DNA from: Negaprion brevirostris
Taxonomy: Eukaryota
Assembly (NCBI GenBank): GCA_030324005.1
Contig: JARDVH010000193.1
Coordinates: forward strand, 26,070,346-26,134,345
Length of the DNA stretch: 64,000 nucleotides
Direction: 5' to 3'
A model generated the notes under the pieces. It saw only the letters and a list, made by a program, of their open reading frames with translations. It made no database searches and was not told the DNA's origin. Of the stretch, positions 1-11,860 are shown piece by piece. Numbering within the stretch: position 1 is the stretch's first letter; every line of letters starts with the position of its first letter. A program made the position numbers and the translations under genes.

Positions 1-350
1 GGGGGGGGGGGGGGGCCAGGGAGATCAGTGAGTGGGCCTTAGTGGGATGAGAGAGCCAGCATTGTGGGGAATGGCGGGGGGCTAGCCAGCGATTGAACTG
101 GCCAACAATCAGCAGGCCAACAGACAGGAACCACTGTGCGTGCCCCAATCTTGATGCTATCAGATCAGTTCATGCACACTTGTCAGGCTCCTGGCCCCAC
201 CCACAGCTTTTCAGCGTGATTCACGCTAACTCACTCTGCAGTGCACGGAGTGTGGGAGATTCATTTTCAAACTCTCACGGAAAATACAGGGTGATTTACT
301 CAAGTTTCTACATGAATTCAACTCTTAGAATCTTCTTGGAAGAATCCCAG
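1..350. mobile_element. End of a GC-rich non-autonomous Harbinger-like/MITE element
   Basis: GC-rich segment ending in GAAGAATCCCAGC. Similar GAGAATCC/GATTCTC ends occur at 11693-11860, ~26650 and ~26821. Confidence 0.45.
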
Positions 351-2030
351 CTTAAGTGTCAATTGCCAGATTAATTGGAATTAAAATTACCTTCAGGGGT
401 AAGGAAAACTGAAATTATTGAAAACTTGGCGAAGCTTTTAAAATTGCAAGGGCTGTCTGGCAGACTGGGTTCTCCAAAAAGCAAGGCAAATTAAATCAGC
501 TAAAATCCAATTACAAAGAAAAACAGAAATAAAGGAATTTGAAATGTATTATAAAGAGAATGACATAAAAATGAGGAAGCTTGAAATGCAAGAAAAAGAA
601 AGGAAAAAAGAGGGCGTTTGTGAAAGGAAATTGGAAATGGTAAGGTTAGCAATGGCAGAAAGAGATAAAGAGAAAGCGAATCTTTCAGCTTAAAAGACTC
701 TCGGTTAAAGAGGAGACACTAGAGCTGATTGAGGAAGAACGTAGTTCTAGACTNNNNNNNNNNNNNNNNNNNNNNNNNNNNNNNNNNNNNNNNNNNNNNN
801 NNNNNNNNNNNNNNNNNNNNNNNNNNNNNNNNNNNNNNNNNNNNNNNNNNNNNNNNNNNNNNNNNNNNNNNNNNNNNNNNNNNNNNNNNNNNNNNNNNNN
901 NNNNNNNNNNNNNNNNNNNNNNNNNNNNNNNNNNNNNNNNNNNNNNAGTCGGGCAGCATGGTCGGTGCAGGCTTGGAGGGCCGAAGGGCCTGTTCCTGTG
1001 CTGTAATTTTCTTTGTTCTTTAAACAGATGAAGTGGCCAAAAGAAAGTTGGTCATTACTTTCTCAAAGTAGACTGGTAGGTAGAGCTGGTGAGGTGTACG
1101 CATCATTGTTGGAAAAAGTGTCTGTAGATTATGATATAGTAAACAAAGCTATCTTCAGTGCATATGAGTTGGTTCTTGAGGCACATTGGCAAAAAAAAAT
1201 TAAAATGGAAAAGAACAGCCTTGACAAACCTGCATTGAATTCAAGTGTGTGAAGCTTTGACCATTGGATACAGGTGTTAAAGATAGAGAAAATATATGAA
1301 GCCCTGAGAGAGGTGATTCTTTCTGAAGAATTTAAAGATTTAGATCCTTTAGTTATTAGAATTCATGATGAGGAACAAAAGATTAAAACAGCTGGACAGG
1401 CAGCTGCTGATTACGAACTGATCCATACATCTAAACCTTTCCTCCAACATCCTTTTAAATGTGAGAAGGATAGGAAGTGGGAAGGAGAAAAGAAAATAAA
1501 TGGTCAAGAAAGAGATGGCACAGTTGGGAATGGTCAGGAAATTTCACCCCTAATCAAAAGGAAGGTGCTGAGGGTGGAAGTGATACTCGGAGGCCTAAGT
1601 CTTTCCATTGTAACAAAGTAGAACATATTAGGGCAGATTGTTGGAAATTAAATGGAAGCCCAATTGCAATAGTAGGAAAGGAAGCATCTGAAAAAGAAAT
1701 GGCTATGAAAACTGTAGCAGTCAGGTAGATGAAATGTGCTTCTTCAGAATGAACAAGAAAGGGAGAAAGATTCTCAAGCTGGTTCAGAGAAATATTTGAG
1801 TATTGGTGAAGGAAGTCAGGCTATTGGAGGCTCTGGATGTTTTATTTCAAAGATAGAAGTATTTCCTTACTCATCAAAAACAAAAGCAAACAAATTAAAA
1901 TTGAGAAATACAGGAATAGATCAATTATTGATGGTAGACAATGACACAATTCATATTAGAGGAAGTTTTAGGAAGTAGAAAGTATTAATAAGGGATATTA
2001 ATGGAAATGATGAACCTGTTCCTTTGTGTA
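351..2030 (+). mobile_element. Decayed Gmr1-like Gypsy LTR retrotransposon gag (SCAN-like capsid, zinc knuckle) and protease
   Basis: Translates to LELKLPSGVRKTEIIENLAKLL; MKWPKESWSLLSQSRLVGRAGEVYASL..DYDIVNKAIFSAYELVLEAH; a decayed CCHC knuckle SFHCNKVEHIRADCW; and LRNTG (decayed DTG protease motif). It has several frameshifts and is interrupted by a gap and a CR1 tail. Confidence 0.85.
948..1021 (+). mobile_element. CR1/HER1 LINE 3' tail inserted in the Gypsy gag
   Basis: GGGCCGAAGGGCCTGTTCCTGTGCTGTA..TTCTTTGTTCTT is the CR1 3' terminus. The rest is hidden in the N gap. Confidence 0.8.
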
Positions 2031-2543
2031 AAAAGTTGAGAAGTAATTGTTTAAGCTTAACTGGCCATTCTCATGCCCCCATGTCAAGCTTTGTCCTTCC
2101 ACCCACCTACTATGGCAATTTATGCCTCCTAGACCAGGTTCTGCCATTCCACCCACACCTTATGGTTCTTCATGCACCCTATACCAATCTGTGGTATTTA
2201 CTTATCCATACACCCACTATACACTTTCTAGAACCATTTAACCCTATAGTGTAGAACTGGGTATGTTTTTAAAAAAAACTTTTTAAAAAATCCATTCACA
2301 ACTTTCTCCTATGTTTAAAAGAGTCTGCACTGTAATCTTAGAAAGTATCACCCAAGTTATTTAAAACATTAAGACAAAACCACAAACATTTGAAAACACT
2401 TAGCTCAAATAAACAAACATTGTGAAGTTGACAGCAGAGATTCTGAGCTGTCATCAAATAATATTTCTTTCTGGGAGCAGCTGATTCAACAAACTTAATG
2501 GTTGTGTGAGCTCTCACCAAGCATCACTATGCTTGGCTCATTT

Positions 2544-2855
2544 GGGGCGGCACAGTTAGCACTGCTGTCTTATGGTGCCAGGGACCCAGATTCGATTCCT
2601 GGCTTGGGTCACTGTCTACGTGGAAGTTGCACATTCTCCCCATGTCTGCGTTTGTTTCCTTCAGGTGCCCCAGTTTCCTCTACAGTCTAAAGATATGCGG
2701 GTTAGATGGATTGGCCGTACTAAATTGCTCCATCATGCCAGGGGGACTAGCAATGGGTAAGTGGGGTTATAGGGATAGGGCCAGGGTAGGATTGTGGTTG
2801 GTGCAAACTCAATGGGCCAAATGACCTCTTCTTCACTGTAGGATTCTATGATTCT
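2544..2855 (+). mobile_element. HE1-type V-SINE with CR1-derived tail
   Basis: tRNA-like head (GGGGCGGCACAG..TTAGCACTGCTG..TTCGATTCC), V-domain (TTGCACATTCTCCCCATGTCTGCG) and tail ATGGGCCAAATGACCT..GATTCTATGATTCT. Confidence 0.9.
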
Positions 2856-3019
2856 CTGTATTCTTGGCCCATGAAGTGGCATAGATGTGTTTGGAAATTG
2901 AGGGGTAAAGGCCTCTGTATTTTTATTTTAGCTGAGGCAAAATCCCATGGCACCAAGGTGGGCTATTTAAACAGACTGCAGCAGCACCCAGAAGCCCCTG
3001 TGGGTCTGCAAGTCTTCCT

Positions 3020-3900
3020 ATGCCCCTTTATCAATGTTCTTGTCTCTGCCTGTAATGGACCCACATTTGTCTTTGCTAATCTTTTCCTCTTTACTTACCT
3101 CCGATAGCTTTTACTCTATGTTTTATGTTTCTCACAAATTTATTCTCATTTTTTCCCTTATTTTATCAGTTTTGTGGTCCTCCTTTGCTGAATTCTAAAA
3201 TGGTCCCAATCCTCTGGCTTATATTTTTCTAGCAACTTTATAATCCTTTTTCTTTGACTTAATGAAATCTTCATAACCTCTCCTGATAGCACAGTGAATC
3301 ACTGTTCCTGTTGGGTTTTAGTGCCTTGAAGGAATATAAATTTGTTGTCAACCTTCTATTAATTTTTTAAATGCTAGCCATTGCCTGTCCACTGTCATAC
3401 CTTTCATTGTAGCCAAATTGCCCCTCAAAACTTTGTAGTTTCCTTTGGTTAAATTTAAGACCAGATGTTGGATTGGACGATATCACATTCAAGGTTAATG
3501 TAAAACTTTTTTGTGGTCACTCTTCCCTGAAGGCTCCTTCACAATAAAATTATTAATAGCCCTTTCTCATCACACAATACCAGATCTGAAATAGTCCAGT
3601 TCTTAGTTGGTTCCTTAACATAATGTTCTGGAAAACCTGCTGATATTCTAGGAATACATTCTCCACAGCATTAATGCTAATTAAGTTTAGTCAGTCTATA
3701 AGTAGATTGAAGCTCCCATGATTACTGTGCTGCCCTTGTCCCTTGCACGCCAAATTTCCTGATTTATACCATGCCCTACAATATCACTACTGTTTGGTGG
3801 CTAAAAGTAATTCCCACCTATATTTGCTGTTCCTGGCTGTTTCTTAGCCCCACCCAACTGCTTCTGCATCTTGATTTTTTGATCTAAGAACCCCTCTGAC
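3020..3900 (-). mobile_element. Old CR1 LINE ORF2 fragment
   Basis: Pyrimidine-rich plus strand resembling reverse-complemented CR1 endonuclease/linker sequence. No open frame remains. Confidence 0.6.
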
Positions 3901-4299
3901 TAATGTACTGAAGTTGAATTAACTTACAGAAAAAGCATTTAACTTTTGAAATGTTTTGCAAAAGGTTGGCCTAAATGAAATATTGCAGCAGTATTTTGTT
4001 TGTGTAACACACATTGTGACAGCAGAGAACAATATACAAAACATTCAATGCGATAAAAAGTATTTGTACGGGAATATTTGTTTAAGTCTTAAACCTGGCA
4101 GTGTCTTCACAGTTTCAAGCAAGCGAGCCCAGCCAGCATTTCCACATTTACAGTAAACACATGTGATATTGAAATAAGCACTATTTATACTTAAAACACT
4201 TAATTAATCACCCATGAAATTGCTCCTATGGGATCAAGACAAAGAATAATATTTGGGTCAAGCAAAGCTGTAGGTATTCAACTCAGGAAGGGGGAGCAT

Positions 4300-4470
4300 G
4301 ATAGGAGAATTGCAGACCGAGGTGGAAAGAGAGAAGTGATACTAACAGAAGCAGTTAAAGATTGTATTAGATCAAAGGAAAAGGGTTATAATGTTGTCAG
4401 GAGAAATAGTAAGCTTGAGGATTGGGAGCATTTTATTATTCATCAAAGGAAGACTAAGATAAAATAAGGA
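4300..4470 (+). mobile_element. CR1 ORF2 fragment
   Basis: LTEAVKDCIRSKEKGYNVVRRNSKLEDWEHF resembles the CR1 ORF2 linker. Confidence 0.65.
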
Positions 4471-4740
4471 GCAGCTGAGACGTCTAATGGTGGAAGGAAA
4501 GGGAAAATAGGAAGAAGACAGAAATAGAGAGAAAACAGGAGAGTGAAGAAGATGGGAGGGGAGCAGAGAGGAGGGAGAGAACAGAGAGCAAGCAGGATGG
4601 CAACGTATGAGGTAAGGAAGTAGGGGAGTGAGGAGGAGAGTGGAGGTGTTGGGCAAGAAAAAGGGTGGGGGAGGAAAGGAATGACGGAAAAGGAGGAAAA
4701 CAGATCAGGGAGACTGGAAGAGTGATAGAAGTGGGAGTGT
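4470..4740. repeat. Purine-rich (GA) low-complexity tract
   Basis: Plus strand is almost entirely G/A. Confidence 0.8.
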
Positions 4741-6424
4741 TGAATTGGTTGGTAGAAACTGGCAACGTCTCTCTCAGGGTCAGTTGTGAAATTTCACCCC
4801 AAGAGCAGGGAGGGAGAAGTCTGTTCTTTCGTCCATCAGTCATAGGTATTTTAGTTGCCAGGTCGTATTTGGTTATAACAAAAAGGGGAGGTTGCTAAGG
4901 ATGCTGGTCAAATATTTTTACCTCAGGTTTTGGTGAGGCGGTGGGCAGTGGGGTGATTGGTGGGTGGAGCCTAGGACCAATGCATAGCAAGAGGACGAAG
5001 GCAAGCTAGTATGGATTTTTGACTGAATCGTAATCAAAGCTCCAAAGGATAGTTGTTTACACAAAATGCATATGTCCCAAACAACTATTGCTCCTATTTT
5101 CAAGGTTTTGAGATTCTGAGATCTTCAATGTGCTGACCTATATCTAGTCTAAGAGTAACTCAAGAACCACTCCTAGACTGGAAGTAGCAATCAAAACCTA
5201 TTTCAAGCCATTTCTCAAACAAACACTTTCTATTTCAGACCCATTCCTGAATTCCAAATCTAAAATTATAACTAATTTGGTGTGGCCCTAACTCTGCCAA
5301 CTGCAAATTACCAAGCAGAGGTTTGTGTAAACAAGATCTTCAGTCAGAATTCCATTCCAACATGGAACATATGCATATTTGCATCTTTGAGTTATGGACA
5401 CATTTTGTCATTTAGAATAAAAACATTTTGTGAAGAAAATTGAAAGAAACAATAAACACCTTATATTTGATCTATCCTGCACACTTGGTAATATTCTAGA
5501 AAATTTTACTCTTCTTTTTGTATTAATGTACTAACCTATGAATGTCACTTTCCTGCAATAAATGAAAGAAGGGATTTTACAGGATAGATTCTGTGGTGCT
5601 CTTCTAGAGTGCCAGGAAACAGAAAACCTGTGGCCGTTCCTGCAGACTCATTTAATGGCTTTGGAAGGAATCCACTAGAATGGAAACAAATTAGACTCGA
5701 ACCTGATGATGCATCACAAATGCTTCTGGGTAGACTGGGAAGAAAAGAACTTCCACTCACCACTTCAGAAGAAATTTGTCTTCAAAGTTTTGACCTCATT
5801 CACATAAGGGAGCCTAGAGGGAAGCTTTAGATTTCTTCCCAAGACTCCTGGCACAGGATTCTTCCATTAGATGTTCTGTCATTATATCTTTGTAGAAAGC
5901 AATAGGAATGTGATCTTGGTGAGGCAGTGGGTTGGGATTGAATGGCTGGAATGGGGAGGGGGTGGCAGGGATTAAAGGGGAGAAGGGTGGTGGCATCTGC
6001 TAGTGACACATATACTGTGCTTGTGCTAAATACAAGATAGGAAATGGTCCTGAAATCTGGAACTGTAGATCAGGTACAAACCGTTAACTCCTATCAATTA
6101 TGATGCTTGAGGAAAATCAATCTCAAGAGGACTGAAGACCATTTGATATGTGAAGAAGAGCTACAGAACAATGGACAGGAGTGTAAGTGCTGACACAGTG
6201 AAAGAAGGCAGAAATCAATCACTAAAACAAGAGAAGTCTGACCTGGACAAAAAAAATAGTTCCAGGACATAAAAGATCCAGCAGGACAATTGTCCCAGTC
6301 AACATTATTCTTCACTGAACAGAATCATTTATCTCATTGGTGTTTGTGGGATTTTGCTATTTGCAAATTAACTACACTATGGACCCAAACTGGTAACTAT
6401 GCAATGAAAAGTCCTTTAGATCAA

Positions 6425-7500
6425 ACAACAACTTTTATTTATAGAGCACTATTGGAGTAATGAAAAATCCCAAAGAGATTCACAAGAACTTTGTCAAGTA
6501 AAATTTGAAACTGTGCCACATAACTGGATATTAGAGTAGATGGTTAACAGCTTGTTCAAAGAGCTAGATTTTAAGGAGCATCTTAAGGGAGAAAAGAAAA
6601 ACAAAGTTGTAGGAAAGAAATTTCAGAGCTTAGAGCCCAGGCATCTGAAGAATTGGCTACCAGTGATGGAACACTTGAAATCAGACAGACTCAAGAAATC
6701 AGAAATTAAAAAATGACCCAGATATCTCCAAAGGATGTGGGCTGAAGAAAATTACAGGGACTGGCAAAGTAATGGAAAGATTTGAAAAAACAAAGATGTG
6801 AATTGAAAAATCAATACTTTATTTAACCAGGAGCCAATGAAAATCAATGAATGTGAGTTGGTGTGGGGGAGACATATAAGATGATGAATGGGATGGATAG
6901 GATAGAGGTGGAGAGACTCTTCCCGCTCAGAAAGGACAGGAGGACTAGGGGGCACAGCCTCAAGATAAAGGGGGGGCGGTTTAGAACGGAGTTNNNNNNN
7001 NNNNNNNNNNNNNNNNNNNNNNNNNNNNNNNNNNNNNNNNNNNNNNNNNNNNNNNNNNNNNNNNNNNNNNNNNNNNNNNNNNNNNNNNNNNNNTTGAATG
7101 GCGGGGCAGGCTCGAAGGGCTAGATGGCCTACTCCTGCTCCTATTTCTTATGTTCTTATGTTCTTATAAATAATACTGTGATCAGTAGCTCACCTTGAGG
7201 TCAAAGATGTCTCTAAGGCTGAAAATGGTCTGGTTCATCCTTGACTGGAAGACGGATAAAGTCAATGACAAGGAAACAAAATTTATAATGGGGACTGAAG
7301 GGAATGGCTTAGGACTTGCCAATATTTATTTGGAGGAAATTTCAACATATCTAGTGCTGAATGTTGGGCAGTTGGTAGACAGTTGAAGATGAAGAAAGGT
7401 CGTGGTGAGTTAGAGCATGGTATTGTCAAAGTGCATGTGGAAACTGTCATTTTTTTGAATGCAATCAAAGGGGCAGAAAGTCCCCTAAGGCATAAAACAT
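6425..7500 (-). mobile_element. L2 LINE 3' fragment, split by a younger CR1 insertion
   Basis: Reverse of the L2 3' end (TTTATTTATAGAGCAC..TTTTAAGGAGCATCTTAAG..TTTCAGAGCTTAGAGCCCAGGCA). L2-like sequence resumes after ~7170. Confidence 0.6.
6863..7167 (+). mobile_element. CR1/HER1 LINE 3' end
   Basis: ETYKMMNGMDRIEVERLFPL..RTRGHSLKIKGGRFRTE, then the 3' tail and (TTCTTATG)n. A gap lies inside. Confidence 0.9.
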
Positions 7501-8024
7501 TAATGCAAATTAGTTCTTCTTTTCTTACTGTTCCAGCACAATTAGGTAGCATCTTACAAGAGAAACTAAAACCCATTACCTCATATTATGGGTAACCAGA
7601 GGTAAATATGGGTTCAATAAGCTTTGTCTAACTGTAGACCATTTATAATGACACCTTTTACATGGTATCTTTTACATGGAAATCCAGTTCTTATGCATGT
7701 ACAGGCAACACATTAAGAGAGCAAGCTCCTCAGTTTAAATTGAAGTGGTAAGTACCACGTGTCACAACAAGTAAAAGATGGATGTTATTTCACAGAATCT
7801 ATTGACATACAGTGGGCTTCTGGTGAGAATTTCAAGTTAAAAACTTGTCCAAGTGTTTTTCCTTATTTAAAATCAAGTTGTTGCTAGCAGCTGGAATTAA
7901 TATGAGACTGTCCAAACTAATTTCAACAGTTCCTTTATTACCTTTAAAAAAGGGAATTTTCACTCAATCTTCCCAATGGGAATGGATTAAACTTTAGGAC
8001 AAAGCAACATTCCAATAGACAACA

Positions 8025-8360
8025 TGAGAAAGTGAGAAATAGGAGGTGTTAGCAGCTGGCCAGTTGAATTTGATCCACCTGGTCTCCACATCCTTCATTG
8101 TGTTATGGTCCAAAACTATGGTGATCTCAGCTTGCAGTATATCCGAGACCAAGCATCCTCAACCCTTGAAATGTCTCCTCATCACAATCCTGAATGGTTA
8201 ATCCCTTATCCTGGCACTTCACTCCTTGGTTCTAGACTCTTCAACCAGGAGAAACAGCCTGTTTGCACCCACCATGCCAAGCCCTCTTAGGATATTATAT
8301 TTTTCAAGAAGATTCCCCCTCTTTCTTTGAAAATTTAATTTCATACCATTTTTGCTAGAA
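8025..8360 (-). mobile_element. Decayed CR1 3' fragment
   Basis: Minus frame EKYNILRGLGMVGANRLFLLVEESRTK. Confidence 0.65.
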
Positions 8361-8395
8361 TTGATTAGGTGCAGAGGAAAGGTACTGTAGCTCAA

Positions 8396-8503
8396 CAGTT
8401 TTGACAAAGAGTCATCTGGACTCGAAACATCAGCTCTTTTTTTTCTCCTTAGAGATGTTGCCAGACCTGCTGAGATTTTCCAGAATTTTCTCTTTTGGTT
8501 CAG
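8396..8503 (+). mobile_element. Penelope-like terminal repeat fragment with degenerate hammerhead motif
   Basis: cagtt-TTGACAA-a-GAGTC-atctg-GACTC-GAAAC-ATC-agct, followed by GCCAGACCTGCTGAG..TCCAG. Confidence 0.7.
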
Positions 8504-9489
8504 TACTCCTCTAACCTGACCTCAGAATATTCACTGCAATGAACTGGTGTGGCAATGTCCATGTCAGAAATCAGTGGTGCCATCTTCTTTTCAAAGAAAA
8601 TGGCCAATTTAGTGGGATTATTTTTCACTGTACAGTTAAACTCAGTAGAAAGTGGATTCAGGCTACACAATCTATATTTTTTATGCAGGTCCCACTAGAG
8701 GAAGAGAGAAGACACAATATCATACAACTACTAAGAATCATATACACTGTAATCATATCCCATTTTCTCAAGGTAGTTAGCATTTCTATCACACTGAGTT
8801 ATAAATAGACTATTGGAGTTGTTAAGGTTTTGATCCTGAGAAATGGGCGAATTTATTCTATTGGCAAAGTCAACATTTTCTTAATGGTCCCATGATTACA
8901 ATCTCAACTGCTTCTCTTTTACTTAAATTCTGAATAATCTCACAGTACTTTAAGTCTATGTCATTTGTCCTTTGTAATGGGTTTTTGCTAGGTCACCATT
9001 TGAGGTGATGACTGTCTCTAAGATAATCAATCTCAGTAACAGAGATTAACTGTTTTTCACATTGAAATTTGATTTTGGGTCTGAGTTTATCATTTGACAG
9101 CTAGTAAAAAAACTTCACCTTAAATACATGTGCTGCAAGAAAACCCAAAATTTCACACCACACCTGTGATACCATAAACAGGTCTATGTGTAAGCGAATA
9201 AAAGCAGCACTGTGTTCCAGTCTCAGCATCACGACAGGTCATTTAAACTAATTGTCAACTGCGTTGGCAGTCCTTAATGGTACATATTACAAATATGCAT
9301 GTCCGCCCATCTGTTACTTAATTTAATCAAAATAATCAATTACATTGAAATCAGAAGTAAAGTTATTAACTTGGCATCCAATTCCTCTGAGATTTTGCAC
9401 TATAAGCTTGATCTGTAGATTTCCTCGTAGGCTCTTGAGACTTGTTTATATGTAGGAGTATAGCTGATGGTAGATAATTATTTTATGAC

Positions 9490-10665
9490 AGAATAAAAAC
9501 AATGGTAAATGACAAGAAAATTCAAGATGAAGTAACTGAGCTCTGCAATGAAGAGGAAAACATGTTATTGGACCTTCATACGCTACAAGGATCCCTCAGG
9601 TCAGAGCTTGGTTGTCTGGAACATTACGAAACGAAACAAAATTAATTTATTGCTGCGCAGAAAGAATTGGAGAATCAGTTGGCAAAGAAGACTCAGTAAT
9701 GCTCTGGGAGGAAGCTGAGAGGTGCAAGAAAGAGATGCAGCGCAGAAGAGGGCAGTTGGATATTTAGCAGGAGCCTTGGCAAACATTACACTTCCAAAGA
9801 GATTTACGAAAAGATGAAAATTAAGAACATTGAATTCCAAGCAAAGATAGAAGTTCTCACTAAAGAGTGCAAGGTGTTTCAGCAACAGTTGGCAGAAATG
9901 CAATTATAGAATGTGAGCTTGAAGGAAGTACAGAGGAATTAAACTCTTCCAAGGAAAAACTGATCAGTCTAGAGAATCAACTTTCTCATCTGAACGATGA
10001 GTTTGTTGAGGAAAAACAAGAACTGATGAGAGCACAGGAGTGTCACTTACAGGAAGTAGAATACCTGAAAAACATTTTAAATGCTTAAATGATGAAATTA
10101 TATAAAGAAATTCAACGAAGATAGATCTTCAATTAAAACACGATGAACATCAAGAATCAGACACCTCTTGTAAACATTGTGAGTAGTGCCAGGAACAGGA
10201 ACAGGAATTGTTGAAAAATCAGGACAGTTGTTTGAATGCAGAATTAATGACCAAACCGCTGAGACTGTTGAACTCCAATCCAACTTGAACAACATGATGG
10301 GCAAGACGCATAGTAGGGAATAACAAATCCAGAAATTTAAAACAGTGAAGGAGAATGCTAAGAAATACATTGACAGTTTCATTGAGAGCAACCAGATAGA
10401 AACTAAACAACAGTCAGAGACCAGGCAAGAAACATTCAAAACAGAACTGAATACTTTGATCAGAGTTTCGCAGAGAACTCTCGAACGAAGGTAATTCAAA
10501 TTATCAGAGTAGTTGCTGAATGAATGGAAAGCCTTGAAAACTTGAAAAACATGAAGAAAATAGTTAAAAATTGGCTGCACCTGCAAAATTGGTGCAAATG
10601 AAGGTTCCTCTGCTGAAACACGAATATCCATTTATATCGAGACGACCTACGTGACAGAACAAAAG
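9490..10665 (+). pseudogene. Decayed, uninterrupted coiled-coil protein coding sequence of unknown parent
   Basis: E/K/Q/L-rich frames: MVNDKKIQDEVTELCNEEENMLLDL..*FIAAQKELENQLAKK..KIKNIEFQAKIEVLTKECKVFQQQLAEMQL* / TEELNSSKEKLISLENQLSHLNDEFVEEKQELMRAQECHLQEVEYLKNIL. Many stops and frameshifts. Confidence 0.65.
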
Positions 10666-10667
10666 AA

Positions 10668-10845
10668 AGAAGGCTGGTTTGCGTGATAGACTGGGCTTTG
10701 TTCACAACTCTTTGTAGTTTCTTGTGGTCTTGGTCAGAGCAGGAGCCTACTAAGCTGTGATACATTCAGAAAGGATGGTTTCTATGGTGCATCCGTAAAA
10801 AACTGGTGAGAGTCATAGCAGACATACTGAATTTCCTTAGCTCCC
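10668..10845 (-). mobile_element. Rex1/Babar LINE fragment
   Basis: GSCSDQDHKKLQRVVNKAQSITQTSL is the C-terminal motif of Rex1/Babar RT. Confidence 0.8.
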
Positions 10846-11199
10846 ATGTTGAGTGATCATTGAGTGTTTCCCAGGTCACAATTAGTTGTAGAATGATTTC
10901 CAGTATGTGCTCCAACCACAATGAACTGGTCCTCTAAGCAGAATAAAAACAGAAAATGCTGGAAACATTCAGCAGGTCAGGCACATCAAGTGATTCCTCC
11001 AAGGTCATCAAATTGAAACGCTATGCAGGATTCTGGATCACTGGAAGGTACAGGTCTGGGGATGAGCTGCTCATCCAGGTATTCTGAAAGATCAAATATA
11101 ATGCATCCACCAGCTCTATATAGACACTTCTCTGAAAACGATAGGATGTAGGTCATCAGGTCCAGCGGACTTATCAAAGCTAATTCACATTTATTTCTT

Positions 11200-11690
11200 C
11201 AGTACAATTTCTGAAGTGATAATAATATTCCTAAGTTTCTTATTTCCACTGGATCTTTACTTTCGCAATAATTCCATGGTTTCATGTTTCTTCCATGTTT
11301 TCTTATTTCTTTAATATTTCTGTTATTTTCTTATTCTCTTTTACAATTTCTCCTGTCTCTACTTAAACCCATGTTTACTTTAGTTTTGCTGATTTGCTCC
11401 TTTGTACATAACTAGTTGTGGAAGAAATTTGTTTTTATGTCTCTGGCTAGCTTACTCTCATGTTCTGTTTTCCCCCTTTTTTCAATTTCTGATCACCTTT
11501 TGTTAAATTGTAAAATATTCCCAAGCCTCAAGTTTACTGCTTTTTTTTAGTAACATTATAGGCCTCTTTCTTTAATTAAATATTATATTTAACTTCTCAT
11601 TATCAATGGTCGTGTCACTTTCCTTGTGGAATTTTTATTCCTCAAGGAAATGTATATCTGATGCAAACTGTGAATGAATTTTTAAACTGT
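11200..11690 (-). mobile_element. Old CR1 ORF2 fragment
   Basis: Resembles the 3020-3400 segment. Confidence 0.5.
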
Positions 11691-11692
11691 TC

Positions 11693-11860
11693 AGACGAGA
11701 TTCTCCGGCCTCCCAGCCACTGCTTCCCACCAGTGAGAGGTGGCGCGTTGTTTGCTAGTGGTGGGATTCTCTGGCCCCAATGCTGTCAGTGGGAATTCCT
11801 ACTGACGTCTCCTCACGCCGGTGGGAAACCTAAGGTGTGACCAGCTGGAGAATTCCTACC
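11693..11860. mobile_element. Short MITE (Harbinger-like)
   Basis: Inverted ends GAGATTCTCCGG..CTGGAGAATT around a GC-rich interior. Confidence 0.65.

Noticed and set aside
729-1031. ORFs spanning N runs (also at ~12.7, 19.0, 27.3, 56.4 and 63.5 kb)
   Set aside because: Open only because the gaps contain no stop codons.
5536-5900. Overlapping 72-73 aa ORFs and a possible 17-nt minus-strand micro-exon (TTGCAG|GAAAGTGACATTCATAG|GTTAGT)
   Set aside because: No recognisable protein, and such splice-like motifs arise by chance. It needs RNA-seq.
10098-10631. 177-aa minus-strand ORF
   Set aside because: Antisense shadow of the purine-rich coiled-coil pseudogene.
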